Notes: a model not told the origin generated them from the sequence alone. Positions 11,323 through 27,541 are shown, counted from the first letter of the stretch. The stretch is 64,000 nt of DNA from Curvularia clavata (GCA_023920165.1 CP089274.1:4154001-4218000), one strand, 5' to 3'. Numbers and translations are program-made.

Positions 11323-12003
11323 CTAGTCGAGCGTCCTCCAGTATGTCATCGGTCTACATATGGCTTCGAATTCAGTGCCACGCGCAACTCGGCCATTAGA
11401 TGCGTCAATAAACAATAGCTTTTCTTCGTTGCAGGGCCAAGAATATTCACATGTAGCCCAAGCCCATACCGAGAAACCAGCTGTGCAGACTACGTGAATC
11501 TCTTCCACATTAACAAATGGTTTAAGTTCCTTTAACCCACTATAGCAGAAAGATGCACAACTACTCTCCCACTCAAATTTAAGGCGCTTGATTGCTGATG
11601 CGATATGATGATAGTTCCTGAACTCGGAATCCTTAATATCTACCATATCAATGTCGAAATTCAACCAGACATAGCGCTGTTCAGTTATTGGGGGATCTAT
11701 TTCGTCTTCTTGATCATCCGGGAAGAAAAAATCCTCGAAGGCGATCACGGGTACAAAGTTGCCTTTGAATTTCGGTCTTACAGCAACCTCAAAGAAGACT
11801 CGCTCGTAAAGGCCAAGGTTTCGGGCTTCCCGGCAGGATTGTAGTACTGCTGGTATGGGCGTAGAAGACATCGGCTGCTGGTCGTAGCGGTGAGGCCATT
11901 CTTGAACACACCGGACTTCGACGGTGCGCGGTTCAACGGTGTCCTTCCAGATTTGCTCCCGGAGCTCCAGAGGAAGCCGCGGAAATGGATGAAAAGCGGT
12001 CAT
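11323..12003 (-). CDS. 2EXR-domain protein
   Basis: N-terminal FHPFPRLPLELREQIW, followed by P.VLQSCREAR and YVWLNFDIDMV, all characteristic of fungal 2EXR proteins. Confidence 0.85.
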   Translation of the reverse strand: MTAFHPFPRLPLELREQIWKDTVEPRTVEVRCVQEWPHRYDQQPMSSTPIPAVLQSCREARNLGLYERVFFEVAVRPKFKGNFVPVIAFEDFFFPDDQEDEIDPPITEQRYVWLNFDIDMVDIKDSEFRNYHHIASAIKRLKFEWESSCASFCYSGLKELKPFVNVEEIHVVCTAGFSVWAWATCEYSWPCNEEKLLFIDASNGRVARGTEFEAICRPMTYWRTLD

Positions 12004-12717
12004 AGTATAGAATGTTGGCCGAGCATGCTACTGCTAGTAGTCGGAGCAGTAGGCAATAATGCTGTAAGCAGATGAAGAAGGCTGTCACACCGAGGGATGC
12101 GTCTGATACCAAGCGCTTCGTGTTCAGCCTTACAACATAGAAAAAATTGGATCGAATGCAGCGTAACGAGAGTTAGTTTATCTTTGAACGATCAGGCTCA
12201 GTTTAAAGGATTTGTCTGCCGCGCCAAGACTGATACAGGAGCGCGGCTGTGCAGGGGCTTAGATCTTAAACCGAGCCACGTGTCTGCGCTAGTTTACATG
12301 GCACCACGTATTCCCATATCCATTTGGGTCACTTTACTACCGATACTGATCCGACTAGTGTTACCTGCGCCGTTGCAGCTACATAGTGAGCAAACAGTCG
12401 TATTCTCACGAACGAGACGAATGAATAGTAAGCTAATCTAGTGATTTTCGATCATTTATATGTAGGATTGGGCTCCTTCTGACTAGATCAATATAGGTCG
12501 GGCTGTATACGGAAGAGTTGGTTCATTCAAGTCCAATGTCTAACAATAAGTGTATTCTAAAATATATAAGATTTCATTGAATGAAAGATTACCTGTCTAC
12601 TATAGAAGATTGGAAGTGAGTACTAATAAGAAGTGATTCGAAAGAACTAAATACACGGTACTAGTGTAGCTGAGATAGCATTAAGGAGCTATTTAAAGAG
12701 TACGAAACCTGCTACAT

Positions 12718-14644
12718 CTACGATTTATAAATAACCTTAAAAGTCCAAACGTATCTATCCGATGATAGAATGTCATCGTTCAGTTGAAGAGTTACTGTCC
12801 CATCGGTGTTCTTGTTTGCTGGTACCTCAGTTCCCGACATGCCACCACCTAATACCTGTACACTATCGCCATCCAAAAACGGGATCCTATCGGGGATTGA
12901 CAGCGTTGAGTTTGGCTTATCCAAAACGTGAATGTAAAACGCAGAGTCACTAGTCGTGTATCGGAAGCTTCCCTTCCCACTTGTAGTCTGCCAGAAGCGC
13001 GTATTGTAAATGGATTCACCACGTTCCTTGATCCACTTCCCCGCGTCTTTCAGGCCCTGCTGCATAATCTGGGGGATTGTACCGTTCGCCATTGGTCCAA
13101 TATCAAGTAGAAAATTGCCATTCTTGGATACAACGTCAACAAGCGTCTTGACAATATCGCTTCCCGTTAGGTATCCGCTGTCAGGTGTGTCCTTGTTATA
13201 TCCAAACGAGAACGGATCCATACCACGATTTGTTTCCCATTTGCTTACGACTGTATCACCGTTTGTGACATATTCAGGTGTTGTGAAGTCGCCGCCACTA
13301 GCGTCGGCATGGTCTGTTGAGCCGTATCCGCATCGGTTGTTGTATGTGACTTGGCGACCCTGATCCCGCGCCCAATTTAGCCATTTAGACAGCATAATCG
13401 TGGCATTATTGGCACCTCCAATGTCGCACCACATTATCTCAGTCTCATACCGTGAGTCGTATGCAAGTGTCTCCATTTGAGGTAGTTGCAGGCCTGTTAT
13501 GTAGTCCGCTACAGGTACGTGACCAGTATAGGGTACCTCGACGCCAGTGTAAGGGTTCTTAGGGGGTCCTCCAGGAAAACCACCGCAGCACTCGGTAGCA
13601 TATTTTGCGTAGTCTGGATTGAACCACTCGGGCATAGAGAAGTAGGTTCCGCGTCGGATGTCTGGATGATATGTTTTCGCTGCACTCATTAGTTCTGCCA
13701 GGAAGTCACGCTTTGGTCCAAGCTGAACAGACGATCGCAGGCTGGTTGACGTGGGAACGTCAAATATCGCAAAGCCTTCATGGTGTTCTGCGGATGTTTA
13801 GACCTGTTTTCTCTGCCGGTACCAACAACTCACTTGTCACAGGAACGATATACTTCGCTCCAGCCTCTGCCATCAGATCCACCCACTCCTTTGCATTGAA
13901 TTCGCTACCAGTGAACGAAGGAATAAAATCGTCATAGTTAAAATTCTCGCCGTAAGTATCTCTGTGGTGTTGATACGTCTGAGACTTGTAATCTGGCTGT
14001 GTCATGCGCATCCAATACCATTCAGCGTAATCTTCCTTATCACCTACGTTGCCAAACGCAGGAACAGAGTAGACACCCCAGTGAATGAAGATGCCGAACT
14101 TGGCATTATTATACCAGTCAGGAGTCCAATGCTTGTTTAGGCTAGCCTTGGTTGCAGTATAGTCTCCGAAACCGCAAGATCCAGTGACATCCTTCGAAAC
14201 TGCCTTGCCGCCAGCCCAGTTGGCAGTTATGGTTCCTGAACATGAACCTCCAGGCGTAAATCCCGCCTTTGTCTTGACACCAATTTGGGCAACAACCTGC
14301 TGCCCAGCCATGAGTCGAGTGATTCTGGCCGGTTGGATAAGATCAAAAGATGAAGAAGATGCCGTAATGGTCAGATTATCGGTCCTGGTAAAGGATTCTG
14401 CTGTGTCCTGGTTGGTGAGCACCATTTCGATGATCTGAACTTTATCGGAGCCTTCAATCCATTTGGAAGTCAACGTAGCGGCGTCAATGCTGATGCCCGA
14501 GGGGGCTGCTCGCACATCCAACTGAGAAGCTGCAACATATCCTGATGGAATAGCGAAGACGCCCAAGTGGGAGAGAAGAAGTAGAATCGTGCCAAAACCA
14601 TGAATCGAATGGTAAGGAGACATGTCAGTGTTGAGGATGTACAT
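12718..14644 (-). CDS. Secreted alpha-L-fucosidase (GH29), 2 exons
   Basis: Hydrophobic signal segment and GH29 motifs AKFGIFIHWGVYSVPA, YAEWYW, T/KHHEGF (joined across intron 13788-13833), IMWCD and DVVSKNGNFLLDIGP. The start may be the Met at 14623. Confidence 0.92.
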
Positions 14645-15269
14645 AACAAACGCTAAACAGCTAAATAGTGACTTGCACGATACTTTTACCTCCTATTTTT
14701 ATATAATTTGCGTTCGTCACATGGTTGAGCATTTGTAGATCTCTTCGGCTTTTCGGTCGGGACATCATTAAGGCGACCCCGCTGGATGTTCGTATGCTTG
14801 CGCACCTAGCTTCCTGTTTAAACGGGTTCCCCGCATAATTATAATAGATGATCATATGTGTTTCCTATTTGAGAAATTGACAATAGCGCATATTGTATCG
14901 GGAATTATCTCCGATACATATCGAGGCATCTCTCAGGAACAAGGTGCGAATCGTTTCCTGCACAGCCCTATTGGTGCAGAAATAGAGCAGGTTGGTGTTG
15001 CTATTGGTCCACTAGCCACAAGCGGGCGGAAGAGGCTAAGCTTTTCGGGTATCGTACAAGGATTGGTGAAGACAATTGCAAGAGATTTCGGAGCAGACGG
15101 AAGAGTTAAAGAAATTCGAGCACAAAGTCAAGAGGCACGGACAAAGATAAAGGGACTGATTGGGGCAATAGCCGTGATATGAACCGAACGTACACACGTT
15201 TGTAGTCACGTACCGCTCTCCACAAACCACCCACCATTACCACAGCGAAACCACATTAGAAACTCGATC

Positions 15270-17219
15270 TTAGCTTTGACCATCGCCAAGCAGAGTATAT
15301 GTATTGCTGATCTCTTGCTTAGACTGATGTCTCTGCTCAGCTTTCCTCTTCTTCCTGTTCGCTTCTCTTATTTGGCGCTTCTTCTTTTTGTTAGAAATTT
15401 GTTCAGTGGGCACCCCAAAGCCGGAGGCCACATAGATCTCTTCAACCAGGGCTTTTAGCTCCTCGTGGTGTGCTAGCACACGCTTCGACTGCCCTGGCAC
15501 ACCAAAGCCTTCCGGTATCGAAGGAAGAGTGCACATGCGCTGGTCCAAGCTGGTCAAGTAGCCACGCAGCTTTTCGTCTGCTGTTGGCTTGACTTGCAAC
15601 CACACTTTTACGATTTGACTAAACATACGTAGCGAATATAGGGCAGCTTGGAGACGAGCCATGAGCTGTACAAAAGCCCAGGAGTTATCGAAGTCGCCGT
15701 TGAGGACATGAAGCACCAGAGGAATTGCAGGACTGGTTTTGAGCTCTGCGAGCACCAGACTAAGCGCGAAAAGTGGCCAGAGCAGTGCAGGCTCCAGAGC
15801 TTTCAGGGTAGCCCATTCTATCAGGGTGCTAACTTGCTGCTCGAAGTCTTTGACTGGTATCAGCAGATTTGTTGCAGAGTAGGCAGCAATCTCCTGGACA
15901 GAAACAGCTTGCGCTTTGCGTCTATACTCGTGAACTACCGTTTTGTCAGATGCCAGCAACGAATAAGCCAGAGTGCGGATATCGCAGCCTGCATTCCATG
16001 CAGATGCTTGACTAGGGTCTTCTATCAGTAGTGGCAGGTATACAATTGGAGCTTCACAGTTTTTCAGAGCTTGAAGGACAAACTCTGATACCCGAACGTC
16101 CAGTTTAGGCATATCTGGGGAAATTTGGTTTGAGTCGGATGTCTGGGGAGGATCCACACTTTCGGTAATGTACCTTCTGGTGAAGTCGAGATATCGCGTG
16201 GACTCCTTATCAACGCTCCTTGCATCACTGGCCAGGTTGTTTGTGGAGTCCTGGGGAGCATCCAAAAGCGCAAAGGCGAAGGGTAACAAACTCTTCAAAC
16301 GCAACTTCTTGCGTATCTCCTCGGGCGAATATGCCTTGAGCCCAGCCGATATTTCAGCATCATGAAGGAAGACTATCAGCGTGTCTATGCAATAGTCGTA
16401 GAGGACAAGATCCGTGTCGCTAGTGAAGATGATGGATTTTGCGTGCTCTTTGGCATGTAATGCACACCAATCATCAGCTTCCCCCGGTACAATATGCGTC
16501 CTTGAAGCAAACGGCGACTTTTGCAGAGCCTCTTGGAGTGCTGGAGCAAGGAAGGCGTACGATATCGAGCCAAGATACGTAGGAACTGGGCATGCTGTGG
16601 TTGCATATGTTGCACGAAGCTGTTGTACACGCCTGTTATTCTGCTCGGTCCTCGACAGTCTCTCAGTCCGCTTTGATGGAGGCAGGGCTCCGTCGAAGAA
16701 GATGGCGGCCCTGACAAGTTGCAATCAGCAATCGAGGTCGTGGGGCAAGCATTGGATCAAATCCAGCGGATGAGGGTGTGGAGATCCGTTGTGCCCGGAC
16801 ATATATCGCGGTTTGGCGGATACATTGACATTGCAAATGTAGCAAAGCCGACACAGCCCCTGCACCGAATGGCGGTGAATAGAACGACATTTGTGCGCAC
16901 CCTATTGGTCTTGGGGCAAAGTTCCATGGGGTACGATATCGATTTACTGCACACACCGGCAAGGCGACAAAAAGCAACGGCGGTTCACTCACACCTTGAT
17001 GTTGTTGGCTTCCAGAGCGCTTAACCAGTCAATGGCTTGAGAGACAATGTCTGCGTAAGAGGGCATCCACGACGCGTTAGCAGCAGCCGAGAGGGCCAAC
17101 TTGTGAGCATAGTAGGCGAGTGCGGGTCCATCGACCACGGCTGAGTAGCCTTGGAGCTGTTCGGAGGAAAAGCGCGTCGCGTACGGCTCCAGACGCCTAG
17201 CGAGTCCCTGTATGCCCAT
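15270..17219 (-). CDS. Asteroid-domain (XPG/PIN-like) protein, 2 exons
   Basis: MGIQGL..., VVDGPALAY, then intron 16711-16992 joins KV/AAIFFDGALPPSK..R..R; also VPGEADDWCA and TSDTDL. These are XPG/asteroid motifs. Confidence 0.85.
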
Positions 17220-17617
17220 GTTGTCTGGGGCAACTGCACAGTTATGCAGCGTGTCGGGGCGGGCGATAGGTGTTGAGGGCGGATGCAATCAGACTTTTCC
17301 CCCAGGCTGGGAGGCAAGGCGGCGCAGAGGCAAAGAAGATGCGCCTCGGCCTCGAATGCAGGTCTAGCGTGTGCCGGCAGCGGCTGTTGGGAATGGATAG
17401 AGGAAAAATCTGGTGATGATAGTCGAGCGTGGCGTTGTGCTTCTCTCGGATGAGCTAGCGCAGGCGTCATCCCGCGTAGTGGGGGAGAGGAGCTGCTGCT
17501 CTGCCCCTCACCTCCCCTAGCCTAAAAGTTGCCAGCGCTGCCAACCTCCCAACACTTTTCCCAATTGCTTTGCTCTTGCTTTGCATTGCTTCAAACAAAC
17601 ACACACATACAGCCGCC

Positions 17618-19424
<1,807 letters not shown>

Positions 19425-19913
19425 GTGTGTTAGTAGCATTTGTGTAGAGTAATGAGTACGATGAGACGAGTAGGCTATGACCACGTAACGTTAGCATTAG
19501 TAAAATACAAAATTAGCCATGAAGGGCTAGCGCCCTGTAGAGTACCAGACTGCCCTAGGCGCACCCTGCTCGTGAAGGTGTCATGTGATCCTTGTGTGTT
19601 GCATCATTGACATCTGGATAAAATAAACACGGCAGTGGCAAGACTGAATCTTGCGGCTGCGGCTTGTGAGATCATCATGGCGAGCGTTGTGCTGTTGCCG
19701 TGTCCTGGTTAGCTCGCAGACGTCATCCAGTCTAAACGCGCCGTCTCCATAACACACGCATTGGCGTCCCGTCCCACCGCTAAGTTATCGCATCCCCCGC
19801 TTTTCCACGAATCCCTAATACTTGCACACGCGCAATAACTCCACGAGAGGCCGCTGTACTGGTACTCCCTCTGAAGCATATCCTAGGCACGAAATCACCC
19901 GCAAACCGCAACC

Positions 19914-21391
19914 ATGGCTGAGAAAGAAGGCGCGGCTGTGCCCCCTCAGGCGAAGAGTTCGTGGTCGAGCTTCCTCAAGGTACGACACACGAGCGACCAC
20001 GTCTGGGTCTTTTAGCTACAATGTCTATGGGACAGCTCATTAGGGGAAGCAAATGAAGCTGAAAGAGCCAATGTATGCCTTGAATCAAACTTGCTAACGT
20101 GCTACCATAGTCCATCGCATCCTTCAATGGCGACCTCTCCACGATGACCGCGCCCGCCTTCATTCTTTCCACAAAATCCCTGACCGAATTTTCTTCGTAC
20201 TGGACCGAGCACCCTTCCATCTTCGTCGCGCCCGCCGCCGAACAGGACCCCGCTAAACGGGCCATGCTGGTGTTGAAATGGTTCCTGAGCACATTGAAAC
20301 AACAGTACGCGAGTCGCTCCGAGAAGCTGGGAAGCGAGAAGAAGCCACTAAACCCGTTCCTGGGCGAGCTTTTCTTGGGCAAGTGGGAAGACGAGGCCGG
20401 CACCACGCAGCTTGTCAGTGAGCAGGTCAGGTACGTCTGCGTCTCTATTGGGTTGAGATTGGTGGCGCAATATTATTGGACAACTGCGGTGTCGTTGAAC
20501 ACGGATGTGCTAACGCAATACGTCCAGCCATCATCCACCCGTCACTGCTTACGGCATTTGGAACGATAAACATGGGGTCCGACTAGAGGGTTACAATGCT
20601 CAGAAGGCATCATTCAAGACGACCATCAACGTCAAGGTGTGCAAGATATCGACATTCCAACATTGTTCAATATTAACGGACCGCAGCAAATTGGCCATGC
20701 CATGCTCCATCTGGACGGCTTCAACGAAAGCTACTTGATCACTCTCCCTTCCCTCCACATTGAGGGTCTCATCACTGGATCGCCTTATGTGGAGTTGAAC
20801 AGCAGCACCTACATCCAATCCTCATCCGGATACACCGCACGTATCGATTACAGCGGAAAGGGCTGGGTTTCAGGAAAGAAGAACACATTCAGTGCCATAC
20901 TCTACCCCGAGGGCAAGGAGAAGGAGGTCATCTACAAGGCCGACGGACAATGGAACGACTCATTCCAAATCAAGGATGCTAAGACCAAGGCTGTCGTTGA
21001 TACGTTCGATCACAAGTCGACCAAGACGACACCCCTAATCGTAGCTGAGATCGAGGATCAAGATGACTTTGAGACTCGCCGGGCGTGGAAGAAGGTCTCC
21101 GACGCCATCAACTCAGGCAACATGGAATTGACATCGGCTGAGAAGTCTATCATTGAGAACCGCCAGCGAGAGATGAGACAGGAAGAAAAGGCCGAAGGTC
21201 GCGAGTGGGAACGCAAGTTCTTCTCTCGCACAAAGGAATTCCCGCTTTTTGAGCAATTGGCTAAGAAGATTGGCGAGAGCGTTAACGACGACCAGACCAA
21301 CGGTGTCTGGTGCTTTGACAAGCAAAAGGCAGAGACCGCTAAGCCACCGTATCACCCGTCGGTTGTTCCACCAATTTACGAGCGAAAGTGA
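19914..21391 (+). CDS. KES1: Oxysterol-binding protein (Osh4/Kes1 family), 4 exons
   Basis: [40 protein letters not shown] and the OSBP signature EQVS/HHPP split by an intron. Confidence 0.93.
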
Positions 21392-22331
21392 GGTAAAGCT
21401 TTCTGACAAACTTGCTCGACCTTTAAAGACCGGCCATCGTAATTTACAGATGTTATGATACAGGGAGAAGGATTAGGGAGAAGAGAAAACCAGTACTGGG
21501 TAAACAGGTATCTTGGGTGGCGTTTGTCCGTGGCGAAAACGACATACATGGGGTAATGGATGGTTCATCGGCACCTTAATCAAGCACGATTGGTAGAATA
21601 GGTTCACAGTATTGAAAAGTCAGAGGAAGATTTCGAGATGACCTTGTCAAGAAACAAGTCCTAATTACCATGCGAGGAGAATTGCTTATTGCGTGCTGAA
21701 TTTTGTACGCGTGTTGTTACAGTGAGCCTAGCGAGAGCAGATTATTTGGCATCCTTTGTCTCAGTCCGCTTATTATTTCCATGGCGCTGCCAGCATTGAC
21801 GGAAGATTTCCATCTAGTCAAGTTGTCTTGTTAGCTGCTGTTCCGCGTGCTGTTGTTGACTTTCGGCCCCGTCTCGGCTTCCGGGCTAAGATTCACACAA
21901 CTCGACTCACCTCTTCCTTGCAAGCCCGCCAGTCTTTCTTGTCATAGTAGCAGTCTGTCAATTTGGCATTCTCATCTATTTCCTCTCCATCAGTTTGACG
22001 CCCCTCGTTCACTATCATCCGCTCTGGACCTACCTGCACAGCCCGTGCTGAAGATCCGCTTGTCCCTACCCACCATCATCGTCAGCTTTGGGTCCCTCTT
22101 TCCCGTGACGCCCGCAATTGCAATTGCAACCTACCAGTCATCCGGTTCGTCGTCAATCATCATCTGCGCAGCAGCGGCGCGTGCCTTGTCATCACTCGAC
22201 ATTTTGAAAGAGCCTGGGATTGAAAATCTGGTGGTGTTGTTGAGTGTTCGAGGTAATCTGCGCAAAAGCACCGTGAAGGCGCTCGGACGTCCTCGGTCCG
22301 TAGGTACCTAAACGTCACCATATCACCCGCC

Positions 22332-24563
22332 ATGGCGACTAAGAAGATGAATGTCCTGGTTTACGCAGGTACGTTTGTTTTTCAGTAGGTGTGGAGATGG
22401 TTGTTGATACATCACAGGAAATGGAAGTACCTCCGAATCTGTCCGCAATTGTCTTTATACATTACGGCGGTTGCTGTCTCCTTCGTATGCCGTCATCCCT
22501 GTCACAGGGGACGTGATTATCAAGGAGCCATGGTTTAGCACCTGTGCTCTGCTTGTTTTCCCAGGGGGCGCTGACATGGGCTACTGTCGTACCCTCAACG
22601 GTGAGGGTAATCGGCGCATCAGTCGTTATGTGAATGCTGGTGGTTCGTACCTCGGCTTTTGCGCTGGTGGTTATTATGGCAGTGCGAAATGCGAATTTGA
22701 ACTCGACGACCCCAACATGGCGGTAGAGGGAGATCGCGAGTTGGGATTTTTCCCGGGTGTCTGTAGGGGATTGGCGTTTGCGGGGTTCAAATATGCTAGT
22801 GAAGCGGGTGCTAGGGCAGCTGATATCAAGATTCACAAAGAAGCGTTTGAGAGCGAGAGTGATGGCATTGCAGAGAACTTCAAGAGCTATTACAACGGGG
22901 GAGGTGTGTTTGTAGATGCGAAGAAGCTTGAGAGTCGGGGTGTGCAAATTCTGGCGAGCTATACGGAAGATTTGCATGTCGATTCAGGGGATAGCAAAGC
23001 TGCTGTGGTATATCGGAAAGTTGGCGAAGGTCATGCTGTGGTCACTGGTCCACACCCCGAGTATGTATGTAACTGTGTATGCAACACGTTTTCACTGACT
23101 CGAATAGATTTGCACCTCAAAATCTCAGCCAGGTACCAAGCCTGCCAGACTATGCCACACTAATTGAAGACATCACCGCCACTGATGCAATCAGGATAGC
23201 TTTCATGCGTTTGGTTCTTGAGAAACTGGGCCTGCGCGTTAATGAGAAGGAACAAGCGGTACCGTCCCTTTCCCGCCTCCATCTCACTGCTCATAGCCTG
23301 GCAGACGTCTCGGAGCTTGTCGCCAGCTGGTCTGAAATCATTACTGTGATTGACGGCGACAAGTACATCAAAGGACAAAATGACGTGTTTCGCATAGAGA
23401 AAGAAGGGACTGCTTGGAGTGTGAGGGAGCTGAAGAGAGCTGTGAGCGCAGTGTCAGAGAAACTGCCTGTGCTGGCCTCTGTGACAGATAGCAGCAAAGA
23501 AACTCAGCCAGAGGCAAGCAAGAAAAAGCCCAAGACGGACGAAGAAGAGATCCAAGAGTGCATTGAGTACACTGCAAACACAGACCCGGACCAAATATTG
23601 GAGTACGAGAAGATTGTGAAGGTCATTGTACCTCATGAGAAGAGCCTTCCATCGGTGAAAGATACGCCGTTCCACCACGAAGCTTACTACGCCAATCTGC
23701 ATCATTATCACAACAAACTGCGCAACCCGAATGCCTCATTCGGCAAGCATCTCATCTACGGTGAGGTAGTAACATCTACCAACACTCTACTGGAAAAGAA
23801 CCCCTCGCTACTGCGCAGTCTCCCCAACGGCTTCACCATGACCGCAACCACTCAGATCGCTGGTCGCGGCCGAGGCAGCAATGTATGGGTCGCACCCCGA
23901 GGCGCCTTAATGTTCTCCACCGTTCTGCACCACTCCTTCTCGCTGAGCCAAAGCGCCCCGGTAATATTCATCCAATACCTCGCCGCGCTCGCCATCGTAC
24001 AAGGCATCAAAGGCTACGCCCCCGGCTACGAAAAGATGCCTGTAAAACTCAAATGGCCGAATGACATCTACGCTCAACTCCCAGGTTCCCCTACCAACCC
24101 CGTTGTGAAGATCGGAGGGATATTGGTAAACAGCAGCTACTCGGGCTCCTCGTACGACATCGTCACAGGTATCGGACTGAACCTATCCAACGCCCTTCCT
24201 ACTACATCCCTCAATCTGCTTGCTTCTAGTCTCTCCCCGTCACTGAAACCCCTGACCCATGAGAAACTGCTCGCGTCTATACTCGCGCACTTTGAGACGC
24301 TGTATGCTTCGTTTTGCAACGAGGGGTTCAGTAGAGATATGGAGGGCGAGTACTATGAGCACTGGCTGCATACGGATCAGATTGTCACGCTGGAGAGTGA
24401 TGGTGGGGTCAAGGCGAGGATTAAGGGGATCACGAGGGATTGGGGGTTGTTGCTCGCAGAGGAGTTGGGCTGGGAGGAGAGGCCGACAGGGAGGGTGGTG
24501 GAGTTGCAGAGTGATAGCAATAGTTTTGATTTCTTTAGGGGGTTGTTGAGGAGGAAGGTGTAG
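22332..24563 (+). CDS. BPL1: Biotin-protein ligase (holocarboxylase synthetase), 3 exons
   Basis: BPL_N domain (MNVLVYAG, PGGAD, GFCAGGYY, HPE) plus the catalytic domain QIAGRGRGSNVW, LKWPNDIY and KIGGILV. Confidence 0.95.
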
Positions 24564-24953
24564 GGAGTATGGGTTGACAGGGGTTTTTGTGAGGAAGGGA
24601 TTTGTTGTAAAAATAAATAACAAAAGTGTTGCGGAATGTTAGATGCCTTTGGAAGAAGATCAATATATCATCTAGTTGATTGGACGTAAATTCGAGTCGC
24701 AAACGTCTCCCATGATACGTTCTCGTTCTTAGGAAAGTAAAAAGCACAATTCTCGAACCTTCCGCTCAATATTCCAGTGCAATATTCATAGAATGATTTT
24801 CCAACTTGAATGACGCAGTTGTCGACACTGGAGCGATGCTCAACTAGCCCCGCTTGGCGAACCAGGGTCCCTGCATCCTCGACGGAATTTCCCCAACACC
24901 ATCAACCTCGCAACATCTGGCGACAGCCATTCTCCCACACCACACCGCACACC

Positions 24954-25652
24954 ATGAGCCTCTCCTTCTTCCGACCGGCTTTCCGACCCTTCAAAGCGGC
25001 ATCGACACCGCTCCCGCGCGCCAATTGGGCACCCAGCACACGGCCATGCCCTCAGCAAAAGATACCTACTAGCACATCGCCTTTTTCCTCGACATCGCGA
25101 ATGCAAAAACGAGCCAAGAAAGGCGGCGGCAATGACCCAAGAATCAGTACGTCTTTTATCCTCCTTCCATTCCCTTCCCCCCAAATGACGCCAAGCAATA
25201 TCCAGAAGAAAGCCGAATACATATACTGATATGGATTTAAAACAGCAAACATCCGCTACCACCTCTCGCACCCCCTCACCCCCCGACCTCTACACTTCTC
25301 CCGCACCCGCGCCCTCCGCCACTGGACCATCCACCGCGCATGGATGCTTTTTCTCCGCAAGCGGCGCTGGGCCGAGGAGCGCGAGCTAGAGCGCCAGTAC
25401 ATGGCTATGCGGGATGCGTGCGAGCACCTGCGTCTGTTGGATTCCCACGGTAATAGGGTTTCGGAAGAAGAGGCGGGCGGTCAGGGCCCTGATGCTAGTC
25501 GTCTGGGCCCCAAGGGCAGGGAAGTGGGGAGGTTGTACAGGAGTGCGATGCTGAAGAGAGGGGTGTGGGGTAGTGTGCCGGTCGAGTATGCGAGAGTTCA
25601 GACGGAGTTTCCGGCGAGGGAGGGGTGGAATCATGCGTGGACGAGGAATTGA
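24954..25652 (+). CDS. MRPL28: Mitochondrial large-subunit ribosomal protein mL40 (MRP-L28 family), 2 exons
   Basis: Arg/Ser-rich mitochondrial presequence. After intron ~25147-25244 the protein reads IRYHLSHPLTPRPLHFSRTRALRHWTIHRAW...ELERQY.AM..AC..L...PVEYAR.QTEFP...GWN. Confidence 0.85.
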
Positions 25653-26443
25653 GGTCGTGGAAATTAGGGAGAGAGATTGCGTGGGTGTGGTATATTTTGC
25701 ATGGGGAATGATGAGCGCGAAGGAAGATGAGATTTTTTCTTTTTCTTGTACGATGAAAATGACGATTGTATAACATTTCGCGCATCTTGGGTATTAAGGA
25801 CATGGCAGCCACGCAGCGCTGTGATAAAGAGTTTCAAGGCTGTTGGAAACAGAAGAAGGGGGTTCCTATTTCTTCTCTTCATCTCCTTTCCTCTCATCAA
25901 TCTACCCACATGAGCCTCATCTGCTTGTACCTAGAATTCCACTTCCAGCACAGACATGAACACATTACCTGCATTCTCCGTTTCAAAAAAGCAGACCCAT
26001 TGTAAAAGGGGAGGAGGGATTAGTCCAGCTTCTCATCCCTTTAACTTTGCTCTCTCTGTCTCTCATACACACACTTGTTCTGTCTGTCCGTCTCTCTTCT
26101 CTAACCCCCCACTTCCTGAAGTAGAAAACGATGCTACAGAACAAAAAAAAAAGAAACAATCGCTCGAAAACGAAGACGATAAGAAAAGAAAAGAAAAAAG
26201 CGCCAGGCAAAGTTAAAAAAAGGTAGCAAAAGACAACAGCAAGGACAAATGGACGAGGATTATGGCTGGCAATAAGCGTCCAAGTGCATGTGTACATGAT
26301 ACTCCATATTGTACTCCGCCCAATGCATTTTATGTTGATGGAAAGTAAGGGTGAATAGAGGAGGCAGAGCAAGGGTTGCTGGAGGCGTAGTGGTAGAGAT
26401 GGCGGCGGTAGTGGTGAGAGAAAGAGCAACCATCGAAGTAGGT

Positions 26444-27541
26444 TTATAGAACAACGCATCCGCAGCCGGGGTTTTCCTTCTTATCGACGGAGAGGAGGGC
26501 GGCGCGGGTTGCGGCTTCAAAGACATCATCGACACCATCACCAGTCAGAGAACTGCATTCGAGGTACTTGCGAGCACCAATCATGTCCTTCATGTCACTG
26601 CCCTGCTTGGTGGTGGTGAAGCGCAACGACTTTTTGCGCATCTCCTCCTGGGCCAGCGGGTCGTCGCGGAGATCCTTTTTGAGGCCGACGAGGATGATGG
26701 GGACAGTAGGACAGCGTTCACGGGCCTCTTCGGCCCACTTGTGCTTGACGTTGTCGAGGGAATCAGGTGAGTCGACGGAGAAGCCGATGAGGATGACATG
26801 TGCTTTGCTGTATGCAAGCGGGCGTAGACGCTCGTAGTCTTCTTGGCCTGCGGTATCCCATAGGGCTAGCTGGACCGACTTGCCGTCTACTCTGCAGTCG
26901 GTGACGTAGTTTTCAAAAACGGTGGGAACATATCGCTGCACGTCGTGTCAGCATGCAGAGGAAAGGGCTACGGCGTGGCCGATGGATGGGATGACTTACC
27001 GTTGGGAAGTAGCCCAGAGTGAAGACACTCAAAAGACTTGTCTTGCCACAAGCACCATCGCCAATAATGACTAACTTCCTAGAGACTGAGGATCAGCATG
27101 GTGAACAAGGGGCGGCATGGACGAGACGCAGTGCCCAAGGAATCAAGGGTTTGATAATGCAAGGCGGCCGAAACGAGCAAGAATTGAGCGCGAGTCGATA
27201 AAAAGTGGACATGGGGATGCTGTGGGATGGGCTATTTTTAGATGGACGAATGTTCGGACCGGGCCCGCCAATGCAAGCTGTGACGCAAAAGCCGGGGTGC
27301 TTGGGACCATACTATTGACGCCTGTCAAAGTTGGAGCATCAGGAGGGCGCCGGCACCAGAACACGTTGTGGGTGAGGGGAGTGGGCTGGAATTGCAAAGC
27401 AACAAGGAAAAGGAAGATGAGTGAAGGAAACATGGGCGCAGCGGACGGCTCGCCAGGACGTAGGCTTGGAAAAGAAACGTAGGGATTGAATTGTACGCAC
27501 CTGCGCATAACGGGCTCGCCGTTTTGCTGTTGTTGAGCCAT
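26444..27541 (-). CDS. RHO2: Rho GTPase Rho2, 3 exons
   Basis: [76 protein letters not shown], with C-terminal CAAX CGCVVL. Confidence 0.95.

Noticed and set aside
14856..15182. 108-aa plus-strand ORF with protein-like composition between GH29 and asteroid
   Set aside because: No recognisable motif or splice model, so it cannot be supported as a gene without a homology search.
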